64,000 bases of DNA, from contig NC_092671.1 in the NCBI RefSeq assembly GCF_964355755.1, forward strand, positions 13,144,001 through 13,208,000, in the 5' to 3' direction. Made by a program: the position numbers and the translations under genes. Below, one piece after another: positions 38,601 through 52,800 of the stretch. The notes below the pieces were generated by a model, which saw only the letters and a program-made list of their open reading frames with translations, was not told where the DNA came from and searched no databases. Source of the DNA: Antedon mediterranea (lineage: Eukaryota > Animalia > Echinodermata). Position 1 is the first letter of the stretch. Each line of letters begins with the position of its first letter.

Positions 38601-39146
38601 AAATATCACACTATATTTAAATCTGTCATTTGTTATTTTCCTAAATAGGCCTACGCGTTATACAATATACAATAAGTTTTTACCAATATTTGCTAAATAA
38701 TGTTTTAAATACATTTTGTGTGTCCTAAATAGACAAAAATATTATATTCCTTAGTTCCAACGGACCAATTTCAAATCACAAAATATGCATACAATGCACA
38801 AACTCCATCATCCAAGTCTAGTTATGAGCATGATGATTTATGTTAAAGTCTTAAAGGCACTTTTACTTATGGAGTGCAAACGGTAAACGTCCGTATTCTA
38901 TTTTCGTTACCAGGCCAACTTTCAAAAAGGGTAAAGAAGCTTTCTCCGTTAAATTCATAACTAAAACGATTTATGAAACGGCTAATAATCGAACCAATAT
39001 TGGAAACAAAGTTATAATTATATATTACGGTACTTACATATTGGCTTCCTTGCGGCTGACGTCGTTGATATGAAACATACTGCGAGAACCAATGAAAGAC
39101 AAAGCCAACTAAAGGCTTGTCTATTTACATTTAATGAAATCGACAT
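35660..39146 (-). CDS. Putative neuropeptide precursor 1 (ARKPIF-amide directly after the signal peptide); 3' end unresolved
   Basis: Exons 39038-39146, 35992-36035, 35660-35767 with canonical splice sites give MSISLNVNRQAFSWLCLSLVLAVCFISTTSA-ARKPIF-GKR-VYDGGYQETLPEVLEDFVPGIKPDDGMCRMEEAFQLLSTNWQDIITL. Confidence 0.8.
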
Positions 39147-39616
39147 AATACTCTTTCGAAATTTATTAAATTGTTTTAGAGATACCTGTCTATAAAAATG
39201 GTATATAAAAGCTAGAGAAACCTGTTGATAGTGATAATATTATAGATATGGTAGTTAAGCAAGCTTCGAGTTGAATTTATAGACAGACGGAAACGGAACT
39301 GAATATATATTGACATTTAACACTGAAGATGCTATTGGTTATAATTTGGTAACTATTGGCGCGTTCTGGTCCAGTGACTTTTATGTAATCTGCGTCATGC
39401 ACCACTTTACGCAAAATTCTCACTTGTTCACTGTTGCCGTGAAACGGAGGTATAGGTTGAGTCAATAACAACAATGCAAACTAGTTTTCTTCGTATCTTA
39501 TAGAAACTGAATTGAAATATAACTTAAACAAATAGTATATTCATTGATGGTCATGATGACATTGTAATTCACGTATCGTATATTTTAAAGTCAAGATTTT
39601 TGTGAAATAAAATATG

Positions 39617-40198
39617 TGACGTCATCATATTTTTCAACTCTTAGCCCCAAAAAAATGGATTCTTATACCAATGTAATTTTTACAAAATATGATTTATCCT
39701 TGCTGCACAGAACTAACGCCATCAAAAAAAATAACGTTCCACAATGTACATAGGCCAAAAAAAAAACAATAATAAAGATTAACTTATTATGTACCATAAT
39801 TGTCTGAACGACAAATCAAATATAGTATTTATTACCTCATGTCTATATTATATTATGTATATCATTAAATAAGAGTCAGCTTAATTATTCACGTGTTGAG
39901 TAAATATTATTTTAGATCATTTATTAACACAACCCTATTGGGTAATACGAAGACAATGTCTTAAATGGATTATTTCTATGAATAAAAGAATGGATATGTT
40001 AATGTTTGACAAATCGAGGAAATAAAAAACATTTATTAGTAATTTTTGTTTGTGTTTTGTTCAGATGAGCAAAATCTCATTGGATCTGAAGCAGATTCGG
40101 TATTTCAAATATCAAACGCCATGACGTAAGGAAGGTTGTAGCGCCTAAAAGGAGAAGACAACTGCTGTTATAGAGTAGTGTTTGAAATATGACGTCAC
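39617..40198. promoter_or_regulatory. CRE-like TGACGTCA sites upstream of precursor 1
   Basis: TGACGTCA at ~39617 and ~40190, TGACGTAA at ~40122. The motif also occurs elsewhere in the window, so function is unproven. Confidence 0.3.
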
Positions 40199-41465
40199 AT
40201 GTTAATTATGCTCATTAATTTTATTTTATTTAAATTTTGATTTCCCTCTGGATTTTATTCTGGAACTTTCAGAATCTCTTGAAATTCCGATTTATATATA
40301 TTATATGTATTTATTAATTTGTAAATATGGCGAAAAGAATTAAAGTATTTAAATAAAAATGAAAAAAAAAGATTTTCACTGTAAGAAATCTATTTTGTGC
40401 ATTTAAAATAATAAAAAGTATATTCATCATTAATAGTTTCTGACGAATGGAGTAAATAAGCAATGCACTTTTTATATTAACGCGACACTGATGGTATCTT
40501 ACGACACCGACCTAATTAGGATTCTGCCTTTAGACTGGTATATCCATTCCATAATTGGTGATTTCAATTGACGCAATCCTACGTATAAAATTAAAACTGA
40601 TGTACATGATCGTGAAGAGGATGTCGGATAACCTTACATAAAACGTTAATATTAATGAACGAGATAGTACTTGACCATTTATTAGGTACTATCTGTAATA
40701 GCTTGAGGTGGATACATGCATAGAACGTGTTGTAGAAGAGGAAATAAAGTATTTATTTACTTATATTAATCTGTATTGATGAGGAAGGATTTTGCCAAAT
40801 TATCCTTTAACAAATCTGAAGAGATGGCAATGACATTGACTTTGTGGAAATTAAAATTCAATTACGAAATATTGTTTCAATGAACAGGAAAATCAGTATA
40901 TAAAATACATATATAATTGCCATCATTGAAATGGAACTTAGCTTAGTTAAATAATAATTAATTATATACTAAATTTGACGATTTTTCATTTCTATTAGTA
41001 TTTCACAGCCCTCAATTATGCACTCATGGTTGAAAATGAATGTGCGAAAAATCGATCATTACCGATTGCGTACATAAAATCGATTTGCACGGTTTTCAAT
41101 ACAATATTAAAAATTATAACCGTTAAAATTATATGGTAAAAGATATTAAATAGATTAGTGGTGCAAATTCACATTTCACAAAGAAATACACAGTATTAAA
41201 GTTGTACTATTCTGGTAATTGTTAACACGGTTATTCTTTTTCACTTTCTGTGAAATGCTAATTTGAAGAAGCAGTAATAATCTGAAAATCAGATTAAGTA
41301 CCATATCAAAATATTTATGTATCTGTGATAATTAAATATTAGAATATTCAATAATGAGATCTTGATCATTGCTATCAAATATTGTGATTTATAGACTACG
41401 TGGACTGAAAATATTACGATCTTTGTTTTGTTTGACTGTAAGCGCACAATACATGGCGCTGTTTA

Positions 41466-41582
41466 AGCTTGGTTTCCACTTGGATACAACTCAATGGATC
41501 ATCTGGATGTCACTGTTGTGATTGATCAACTTACTTGCGTTACGCCTACGTTCTTGTGTTGCGTCAAAGTGGGTACCAAACT
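41466..41582. mobile_element. Foldback MITE, family 1 (diverged)
   Basis: agcttggtttccact...agtgggtaccaaact termini; internal tgtgattgatcaacttacttgcgttacg. Confidence 0.7.
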
Positions 41583-44500
41583 TTACGTGGGTGCATTTTG
41601 GTCCTAAAATGTGATATGTATTACCGTACTTTCAAACATATATACATATACATTATAAATACATATTTATTCAGATAACATCACTTTAACGAACATAGAA
41701 ATGGTTAAAGCAGATATACAATTCTTATTTCAGAAAATGGAGAACCGTAGAAACTGAAAACATTTTGGCAATTTATAAATCTATGCTATTTTATGGGTTG
41801 TACCCTACTATTTTTAAACATCGTTCTTTAATTCTCTTCCTTTCGATATACGTCATATTTCACGTTACTCTTCCTCAAATATGGTCTAAAAACATCTCTT
41901 TCAGATGGACAATTTAGGCTATTCAAATCAAGTTTTGATATATAATTTGTATTATCTACTTAATAATAGAGTGTCGTTATTGTTCTGAGGATCTCTAATT
42001 ATAAGCGTCAGTTGAAGGGACCACCTTCATAAAATAGTGTAGTAAAATAAATAAAATCAAAAGCGAGTGCAGTTTTAAAACGCGTTGTATGAAGATAAAA
42101 TACTTTGTAAAACCTTGAATCCTACATACGCATCAAATTGAGATAAATATCAGAAATGCACCTGCAGGGAGAGATTTACTTCAACAGAGTTCAACGAGAT
42201 AGTTATAATCCGTTAAATAAACCCCCTATGTTGAAGGCTACCCACCTAAATATTAAAGCACCGTATCCATTTATGATAATATAATCGAATTTAATCTATA
42301 GGAAAACATTATTGTCTATCTCCTGCGCTTGCGCAATATAATCGTTTCACATAGCTCTAACTTTCGAAACATGTGTTATTAAGCTACAGTGAGGAATATC
42401 GCCCGATTGGTGGTGTCACACACTAATTGCATTTTGCACGGCTGGCGGCTCAAACATAAACATTTCACCCTTTTCTAAATCATCGCCAGCCGCAACGCAC
42501 ACTTGTGCTCAGGTTTAATTCTTTATAAGTTATACCCGACAATAGTTTTTTGTCACAAATTCACAAAACACTTATTGTTCGCCGTAGGGTATTAAGGTAT
42601 CTTAGAAATTGATTTACAGAAATATACATTTATACATTATAGTCTGACTGATTGACCACAATTATGGCTACGCCCAAGGCAGAAACATGGCCGCCAAAAA
42701 TAAATGGGGCAATTATAGGTCATAGTTTTATCAGCGGTTTGGCGGACTCATTTTCCCTCAAACACGGGCTAGGGGGCGAGCAATAAGTATTTACACATTT
42801 AAGGGTTTATGATTCTAGGCGTATCCTTCACATTTTAACTACTTCATTATATTGCTATTTTCCGAATTGTAAAGATTTAATTCAATACTTATATAATAAT
42901 AAATTCAAGAGATTTCACTAACACTACTGAAATCCAGAATATTTTGTAAATCTGAGCATAGTACAGATTGAAATAAAAGGCATTGTAATTAATCATTGAC
43001 TCCAAAAATATATATAAAATCGAAACATTTGAATAGGCCACTGTAAATAACCCAGATGTTAATATGATAGAATAAACTAAATTGCAAAATAAGTCATAGA
43101 TAGTGGCCATATTCTGTGTTGTGAAACCTTTGGAGACATAAACTTCAAATGAAGTGCAATTTTGTGGAAAATGTTCCATTACCAAAAAAATATACCAAAC
43201 AAAATTCTAGTCTACAAACGTAGACAAGATACATGCTTTTGGTTTCACATTAAGTGTCAATCAAGATATATTTTGGTTCGCATTTTATAGGTTAGGATGA
43301 AAGTCTGCACCGATTTTGTTACGAAATATGGACTATCAGGAGTGTATTACAGTACTTGCTTTATATTTTCAGATGACAGTATCTTGCTTTGTAAAGGTAT
43401 AAGGGCCAAATTAAGCAATGCAAACATATATACAATTGTAGACCAAAGCATGCAGAAACTTAAAAAAATGAACACATTTTTGTTTTTTTATCATCATTGT
43501 CATTTCAATTGATTTTCTTTTCAAGAAGTACATTCACTAAAGAAGTTTGGATAAATAAAGAGTTATATATTATTTGACAGCTGCACAAAAGTCAAAGCTA
43601 GATGTGTAAACTTTGTTTGGAAAAATCTTACAAAAGTATTTTAAAGTAACCGAAACACGATTTTAAGTTTCGCAAATTTTAATAATTATTAAAATAATTA
43701 ATTTTACTGATAAAACTTTCTGAAGTTGAAATTGTGTTAATATTTAATAACTAGTATTACTTTTCTGCTGTTTCTGTAAATCGTAGATGTACACATACTA
43801 ATTATATTGTATGGATGATAAAGACAGTTCTAAAGTTGCAGAATCAAAATATCCATCTATTTAGAGAATTCATAAATAGTAAAACAAATATAGCTACATT
43901 TAGGTTGCACAGAGACGTATAGTCGATAATGCTTTGACAGTATTGATTTTGTAATTGAACGCCGTAAAGCATGATTTTGGAAGTCAAAAAAGAAGATTAA
44001 AAGAAGAATGGGTTTAGATATCAGACATTCCAAATGTATTACGTGACAGATGAAAATGTATAAATTGATAAAAACACAGGAAGTGAGAATAATCTATTTA
44101 AAAAAAATAATGTTAGTGATTGATGGTATCTAAATTAATCTTTGATCAAAAGAGGCAATCTATAGCCTTAACGTTACGTTTATATTTATATCACCATTCA
44201 AGAACCCATTCCATTAGAAACCTCATTCAGGGTGTATTTATTCCTTAACCTATTCATTATTAATGAATAATAAAGACATATGAAAAGGTGATACCTCAAT
44301 TTTGTCGGGGCTTATATTTGACATAAATGTAGTAAAATAACCAACTCTGTGTGCCTAATTGATTTGTAAATTCTTTTCAACAATAATAATACTAGTTTTT
44401 TTTACTAAATACTTTTTTTTTTTTAATATTTACTTCTATGCAATGTTACAATATTTGCCTACCGCACCCTCTATCATCTTTTCTTGTTTCTGACCAACAG

Positions 44501-44960
44501 CGGGCGTAAGGCATACTATTAACTCAAACATAAGGTACGATTTTTAAGTAGTATTTCGTAGTAGTATAATCGAAATCCTGCTTAAAATTTTCGCTAGTAA
44601 TTTTTAACTAGACTCATAATCATATAGTCATAGAAGCGAGTGTAATTTCCGTTTACTGTTCCTTGACGAGACGATTGTAAAAATTATAAATTTTAAAGAA
44701 TACATAATACAAACAATAGGCCTAGGCCTATATCTATAGGCCTAAAGTCAAGTGAACATTATTTTCTATTTAAAGATACTACTTAACAAAGTTTAGCAAC
44801 ATTTTTTAAGTTATCGTTATTTTTTATTCTTCCGAAAAAAAAACATCAACAAAAAGTAACAGATATTACTGTGAGAAAATCACACTTACTACCACTAACG
44901 TGGCAACACGGTTATTAAATGCAATGCTCTTGCTTCTTCTAGACATATTTGTTGTCTTAC

Positions 44961-45156
44961 CTTCAACGCCTGGTGCAATGTTATTTCGTAGCGAACGCAT
45001 GGCTGGTAAAGGATAATGTTTACTACAAACCATTCTTCCATTTCCATCCATCTCGCACCTCTGTCTTTTGTTAAGCTTACTAGCTGTAATACATTCTCCT
45101 TGATATGATAGCAATACTACATAAACGATTAGTCCTATAATACGGTTGGTATTCAT
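44961..45156 (-). CDS. Putative secreted peptide precursor 2, first coding exon (KR-QRCEMDGNGRMVCSKHYPLPAM..)
   Basis: Hydrophobic signal peptide, KR site, Gln-initiated C-x9-C peptide, RSLR furin-like site, donor GAAG|gtaaga at 44960; TATTTAAAAA at 45217-45226. Next exon not identified. Confidence 0.68.
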
Positions 45157-45592
45157 GATTTTTATGTTAGCTAATCGGCTACTACAAGTACGAATGAAAG
45201 CAGAATCTTCTCCAAGTTTTTAAATACATAGGTGCTACATAATAAGTTGTATAAAACTTATTACATAAGCAATTATATGATTACGGTATGTCAATTAATA
45301 ATCAGACAAAATAGATTATAATGAATTAATTTGTATTATCTATATAAATGTATATTTATATTAGTAAATAGATATTTAATTGAAATAATAGATACATATT
45401 CTCTGGAGAACGGTACTAATTACGAAATAAGTTTTGTGTTTATTCGATCTAACGAGAGGATGTGACGTTTACACCCATATTTCCAAATAGGTATCATTTC
45501 GTACAAATATTTATAATAAGTCTTCAAAGCAATTATGATTATATGGACATCAGATTATACTGGATGAAGCTTGTCTGGGTCTGTGTTTATAA

Positions 45593-46760
45593 TCAAGGGA
45601 ATATGCATAATGTTCCACCGTCGTGGTCGATAGTTCTACAATCTAAAACAGCAAAAGCTAAAACACAAAAAATTCATCCCTTTGTGGTCCAAAGAGGGCG
45701 GTATTTACTTACTGTAAATTATGGATGGAATTTTACCTCTACAATTATTTAACGATGTGAGTATTAGGTTGATTGAAAAGTTCATTATTAGAATAATTTA
45801 GTTGTATTTTCGACATTGAAAAACAACACACAAACAACAACTTGTTCAAAATTTGTTTGTCGACTTTTTTAGGTACAAGAACAGTATTTACAGTTCGTTC
45901 CTATATTTAACTTAATTCTACGAATGATATACCGGTATAACGTCATTTGAAGGGGAAAAAAGAAAACAAAAAGGCTGTTCTTGTCAATTCCATTTTATGT
46001 ACCTAGTTGTACTCTTCTAAAATTTTAGGTTCCAGACGCCGATTCCACTTAAATTGCTATAAATATTTTGGCCCACATGGCATTTCATACGTACAATACT
46101 TTATCTTAGTTTTACGAAAATCGAAACGCTGACTGTTGGGCAACAACATAAGACAGAAAATAACTATACTTCGGGCAAGTATACAGTAGATGTATAGAGA
46201 TAATTATCTACTAAACTAACTACTAAAAATAATGAGTGTTATATAATCCTTCACCACATTTAAGGTTAAACTAAGACGTAACTACATTTACTTTATCAAA
46301 AACACATCGGGTAAACCAGAAATGTCTTCATTTTTATATAAACTAATAATGTAATCAATAATTGTAACATGATAAACTTACGTGTATTGGAGTTTGATAA
46401 GTACTCCATTCCAATGGGTGGGGTAAACGGTGTTGGATTTAGATTCAATTGATGATGACGGTGATAGTAGCCAGAGTCTTGAAAACGATCATCTTGATTC
46501 TCCAAATATATTCGGTTATCAACTGAGTAGGGACGCTGTGGTGGTAGACGGTACAATCCACTCAGCGAGTTACTGACAGCATCATGTCTTTTGCCAACAC
46601 GAATTGGAAACTTTGGTACACTGCGTTTTTTAATGTATTGTTCTGCATTATGCTGCCCTAATATAAAGCATCTTGATGGTGCTAGTAACACGTATAAAAC
46701 TAAGCACAATAAGTATATACATCTTTTGGACACGTTAGCGGTCATTTTGATGTTTTTCAT
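45593..46760 (-). CDS. Putative neuropeptide precursor 3, luqin-like (SVPKFPIRV-amide; C-terminal C-x10-C), 142 aa, 2 exons
   Basis: Exon 46382-46760 (signal peptide, KKR-SVPKFPIRV-GKR, donor C|gtaagt) joins exon 45593-45642 (acceptor ttttgctgttttag) to end SNTHCRTIDHDGGTLCIFP*. Confidence 0.82.
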
Positions 46761-46806
46761 TTTGTAACTGAAGCGAATGTGTATGTTGAATTAATATCTG
46801 GGTGAT

Positions 46807-46814
46807 CTTTTATA
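46807..46814 (-). promoter_or_regulatory. TATA box (TATAAAAG) of precursor 3
   Basis: Canonical TATA about 47 bp upstream of the ATG at 46760. Confidence 0.55.
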
Positions 46815-49800
46815 GTTTAAATTTTAATTAAAAACTTGATGTTAATTTTGTCAAATTTGAATTATTTCATTTTGTTAAAAGCATTATCCGGAAACACTTG
46901 CATCAAGGGACATCTTACATACAACTTATGTTATTGTAAAATAACTCTGCTTCAATAAGTTCCATATTAATTTATGTTTCTTGTTTATATAAAATACCGC
47001 ATGCGTTGTAAAAAAGTTATGACAATATTAGGATGATTGATTATGATTGTAATTACTACACCAGTAGCTTACAATCATAACCTAGAAATATTATTAATTA
47101 TATATAAATATTAGGCTGCTATAAGTAAATTTATAGGTCAAATGTTACGAATGATGCGCATACGTTCATTGACTTTTGAACGTACTTTTTGCATTCAAAC
47201 GTAAGTTCTACCACAACTTTTGAAAATGGTGCTTCTAAAGTTACATTGAATACAGTAATTAGTATCAATAGACCAAAGGTGCTTTTAGTGTGGCATTGTC
47301 AATCGCTAGGATTGTTATTCGTATTTATTATGCTTCTTGTTTGTAGAAAGAGGAGGGGTTTTATAACCACAGTGCAATACAATACAAATATAAATAGATG
47401 TTCCATAATGTGTGTAGCTAAATATGACTGATGTAACTTATAGGTGATTTATCATGTAGAGTCCATTTATTCACTTTATAAATATGCACTGTCATTCCTT
47501 AAATTGCAATTGATCATATTTAAATTATGTTTTTACTGACATCCAAAATCGCAATATGAATATCATAATCATTCATCATTTATTTTTGAAAGAAGATATA
47601 TAGTATATAAATGCTTTTATTATTTTGTTTTTATGTGAACGTCTAATAATAGAATAAGGAATGTGTCGGAAATACCCGTTTGTCTCATAATAAAGATAAA
47701 TATTTACTCGCCCATGTCATGTTACTAAACTACTAATTCATTAATCAGTATTAGAAGTTGTAAACTCGTGTAGTCGGTTATTATTACACGAATTTACACT
47801 AGTGGTTCCCTCGGGTATGACAAGAAGCAAGACTGTATAATTATAGACGATTACGCACGAAGTCGATTATTATTAGCGATATAATTAATCATTTGAGTAA
47901 GATCTCAGGCAATGGAATTATGGACATCTCATTCATTAAAACAACTGAGTTGAATTAATTCAAACTTAATTCATTTGTTCGGTCATTCGTTTTATTTTTT
48001 AGTTCATTCACTCGTTCTTTCATTCGTTGAGCTGTTAGACTTTGTGTCAATTACTTAATCGCGCCAACTGTTAATCAGACATCCACACAGTGGCATCTAG
48101 CCTACTTTAGAAACCCATCCTTCAAGTAGCGAATTGAGTCAAAACTAAACCCAACTAAGTTTTATTTCGTACTCCAGGATTGAAAAAAAAGTAACGAGCG
48201 CCATCATTTGCTAGATGATTGCTAAATGCGTTTCAGTAAACACCTACCTGTGAAGGTAGTTTGTAAATATGTTACGTATGTTTCAGACTAATATTACACA
48301 AGGTTAACCACCGAAACAAGTAGACATAATATTAATAACATTTCAGAGCTTTTCATTTGGTTAATCACAAATAAAATATTAGCCCACCTTAAATCCAATC
48401 TAGACCTCTCCTCTGTACTGCACACACTGATATTACCGTAAATATCCAATAGGCCTACACAAGTAGGGTTACTCACGTCGTCGCTACCGATGATCCTTGC
48501 ACAAGGTCATGACGGGTGTAACAGCGTAATTACGTTGACAGGGCCTAAGTCCAATAGAGCCTTTAAAACACGTTTGCTTCAAACAACGTAGATTCTGAAT
48601 ATATTCTAGATTAAAATTGAACCCCAAAACCCAATTGGTGAAGACATATTATAATTAATTTGTGTAGAACCATGGAGGGTAGAACTAAGAATTTTGTTAA
48701 CGGTTACTTTAAAAAAAACTCACATCCGTTACGTCAAACGTCACAATATTTTCTAAACAGTTGACGCCCTCTATATGAATATTTTACGTTTAAACCACGA
48801 ACATAAAATTATTGACTTCCAATAAGAATCATTTAAAAATAACTAATGCCCTCTATAAAACTAGAAATAATCTATTTTAGGCATAAATAAAACAAACAAT
48901 TATTGGATAAACAATTGTGTGTACTAGGCCTGATAACTGTATTATATATTTGTTACTTAAATCTATGTCGGTATTATCAGGGAAGAGTGATATTGAATTA
49001 TCGAGATGACAGTAGTTCAAATAAAGACCACTGAACTGAAATACAATTAAATAAGTTTTATAACGATTAATTTCCCATAAACTACAATGACGTTTACGAG
49101 AATTCAATTTATGTATTTTAAGCAGACCTCAATTTTAATAGGAAATTGACGTACGTAGATTGATCGATATACGAAAGTTGTGACGCTTCCAAAAATGTGG
49201 GTTTTGTCGTGTCTTGTGTTTTATGTATTGCTTTTCATTTGCCGTTTATTATTATGCTGTTTAAGATGTACAGTAATTTTCAAATACAATTGAAATATTG
49301 TTGAACATTCTTGACACGTTCTTAAAAAGTACGACCATTTACATTTACATGTTGATTAATGTAACGACATTGGTGTTACAAACAGACATTAAAGACGTTA
49401 AACTTGATGATAGATAATCGTGAATCAAGAGTTTTTGCACGGCTTTTTGCCGTGGGTCAATATGGTAATTGACGAGTTCTAAGACGTTGTATGTATAATA
49501 ATCACGCTCTAATGTATTTTCTACTTTTAGCACATAAAATACAGTTTATTTAAACATTTTATTCATTCAAAAAATACATTGAATATACTAGTATGTATTG
49601 AAACTGATTTAATCTTGTGAATGATTAAATAAAAACATTTACTAGGCATACACATAAGCCTACATTTGTGTGAGTTACGGTATTAAATACCTCAAACTAA
49701 TTTTGTTGATAATTTTAAACTTACTGATTAATTATTACCCGTTATGTTCCATTTATTTAAGAGCATATTCTATGCTTATTTGTGTTAAGGTTGAAGGGAA

Positions 49801-52800
49801 TGGGAGTGGGTTCTTCACCCAGATATAAACACATCAACACAACCATTTACTGTACATGACAATTTGTAATACACAAAAATATTATAAAAATGTTCTCCGT
49901 AATTTATAATACGTATTATGTAAAGTCATGTACGCTTACTGAATTTCTTATTTCTAACACATGAGGACAAAGCGAATCACCAGTAAACTACATAATTTAA
50001 AAGAAGGTTTCTGCTTAACCACATTAATTAGAAATAGTAATGATGAATTTGAAAATGAAGCAATCATTCAATACCATGCGCATCTTAAATAATAAACGAT
50101 GAATAGAGTGCTTATTTGAATATTATTCGTTTTGTGTCATCTGTAAGATGTCGAACAATTTATCCATTTTCATCTACGCAATGTAGTCAACTGCAGAATT
50201 GATGCCAATTAACATTATTGGAAAAACGGAAAATTCATTTAATTAATCTTGGATAAAAGATAATTTACATTATCTTTTTATATTCCATTTAATGATCGTT
50301 CACATTCATAAACAATTTAACTTAACAATTTACAAATTAAACTCGAATTATAAAGGTTATGTATATCTAATGGAGATCAAATTCTCGGTGTATTCTATAT
50401 TCAAACACCACCAAAATTGTACTATAATACTTAAGCCATATCTTTTATAACTAAAAGATATATATTTTATACTACTATTGCTAACTTTTTTTAGGCCGAG
50501 TATTCTCAAGCCCTGTCAAAGGAATATGGTTTTCCAAATGTTCGACACTTTTACTTTATCGTTTTGATTTAGTTTTTTGTTTATTTTATTTGATCTCCAT
50601 TAAGATCCAGCGACTGATTCTTTAATACAATTCTAATACGATGAGCTAGTCACATGACAGTCTCTGTATGTTTTATTTGCATTTTAATGTGTTGTTTGTA
50701 AAAATGTGTATAACGTCTTCCAGGCTTTGCCTTTGTTATCACGTCCCCCGTTTTAATGTGTTTTTTGTTTTGATGGAGATAAATAAAGATTGATTGATTA
50801 ATTTATTAGATCCGATCACGTTGATCGTCAATAGTGCAACTTGCTGCTTGGTGAAGCAGTGTGCTTAGAAATATGTAGTCAAATTCAATTTAACAGGATC
50901 CTTTATTCAATCACATTACCTAAAAATAAATAAAGTTCGTATGATACTAAAACACCTTAAACACCTTAACCTTCTGAGACCAAGCAAAAACCCATGATGA
51001 ACACTTCAGAACTTTAAATGAATTAGAAAAAAAGTATACAGTTCCATCATTAATTATGAGAACTATACATAATTTCATTTGCAGATATTACATATTTATT
51101 TATAATCGTCGAATCATTGCTAATTCGAAATGGATAAAGGGAGGCTTAAAATCCCCAGAGTGCATTATTTGAAATGAAAGTAATTTTACGTAATTCACGT
51201 ATTTGGTATTTGCACATTCATAAACAATTTAACTTTAAAGCGGTCACGACGTCATTACACAGATTGATAAACTCGAATAATCAGCATAATGTTTTAACGG
51301 GATAAGATGTAACAGCACTTGAGTGGGAAAAACGTCCAACGTAAATAAGTGGAATTGTCTTTGATTACAGTTGCCAAGGTATATGAGATGATCTTTGTGT
51401 TATCATATAATTAATTACCGTACCTGATATATTAAAGATGATCGACGGTATAAAAGCAATGAGGGGTTCTTCCTCAAGCCATAGGTTAAAACTACTCTAT
51501 TCAAGACGTGGTTTCCATAATTGAATAGTATATTAGTTATGTGAAGTGTTGAAGATAAATATGTCCTCGATGGTTAAATATTCTGTTATGTAATATTTGT
51601 TACGATAGTTTTGTGGTGAATTACATAAACCACTAAAAACCGTAAGACTTTTTTCCACTCCATAATCGACATTGGTTTGCGCATTTAAACTTTTTGAAAC
51701 CAATAATTGTGTTGAATAAAATAATATAAATTTACTTTACATATTTCCAAATACTTGTTTGCGATGCGAAAAACGCGCAAACCAATCATAACGAACTGTT
51801 CGATTCATGGCAAATAAATTCGCATAATAGTGAAAAAAAAGGTTTTAGAAGAGAAAAAATATCCTAGCAAAGTAAACATTACAATCCCATAATGTGTATT
51901 TGACGAAGGTAATTTCGTATCATAATAGTTTAAATGTCGATTTGAACTCCCTGGTGACGTTTTAAGGGGGATATTATTCATGGCGATGACGTACTGAAAG
52001 GTGACATGCATATAATACATATGTATGATACAGCAGACGAACAAGATAAATAGGTCATTCTATTTGACAAACCTCCTGCATACAACCTCCTCTGCACCCC
52101 GTTCCAACCGTTTACTCATCTGTTTTAATAACCGGAAGGGGCCTCTTTTGAAATAAAGCCTTTGTTTCGCATGATAAAATGAATTATCTTTGTGGTTACA
52201 AACTGGTACTTCAAAAGAAGGATACACGGGCACGAACGTACTCGACAAAATGTAATAATTCTATATTGTTGGCCTAGTAAAACCAATAATTCCAATAATT
52301 GATGATACTAACTAGATGGCTCGGTGTATTTATTTTGTTTTAAATGTATGGGGCTCCCTCTATAATGGTTGCGTTATCTTACTGTACTTATAGTTTGTTT
52401 TTTGATTAACATATACCGTTTATTATTATTATTATTAAAATACACAGCAGATTATTGACTTCAATTCATAATGCTATGCTCGTCTAGCAGGTAATTTTCT
52501 TTAAACGTTGCGATATTATTATTCTTTATTGCCAGTATTATAACAGAAACGACGTGATAAACTATTCCTAATACATTAATAGGAATCAAAATCACAATAA
52601 CCACATGTTAAGATTAAGCTACCAACAAAGTCTGTGAACTTTTAACCGAAGTTGAAAGCAAAGTTAAATACCATTAATTAAATACCAGTTGAAGTAGTAT
52701 TTTCAATCGGTTTATGTTGCTTAAGTAGATTTTCAATTTTCAACCAAGCAAAAATTAATTGCATTACAAAATGCAATAATAGAAATTTCATTCGGCTGAT

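Noticed and set aside
52060-52248. ORF with several dibasic sites (FKRGPFRLLKQMSKR)
   Set aside because: No ATG, signal peptide, good acceptor or amidation signal, so not counted as a precursor.
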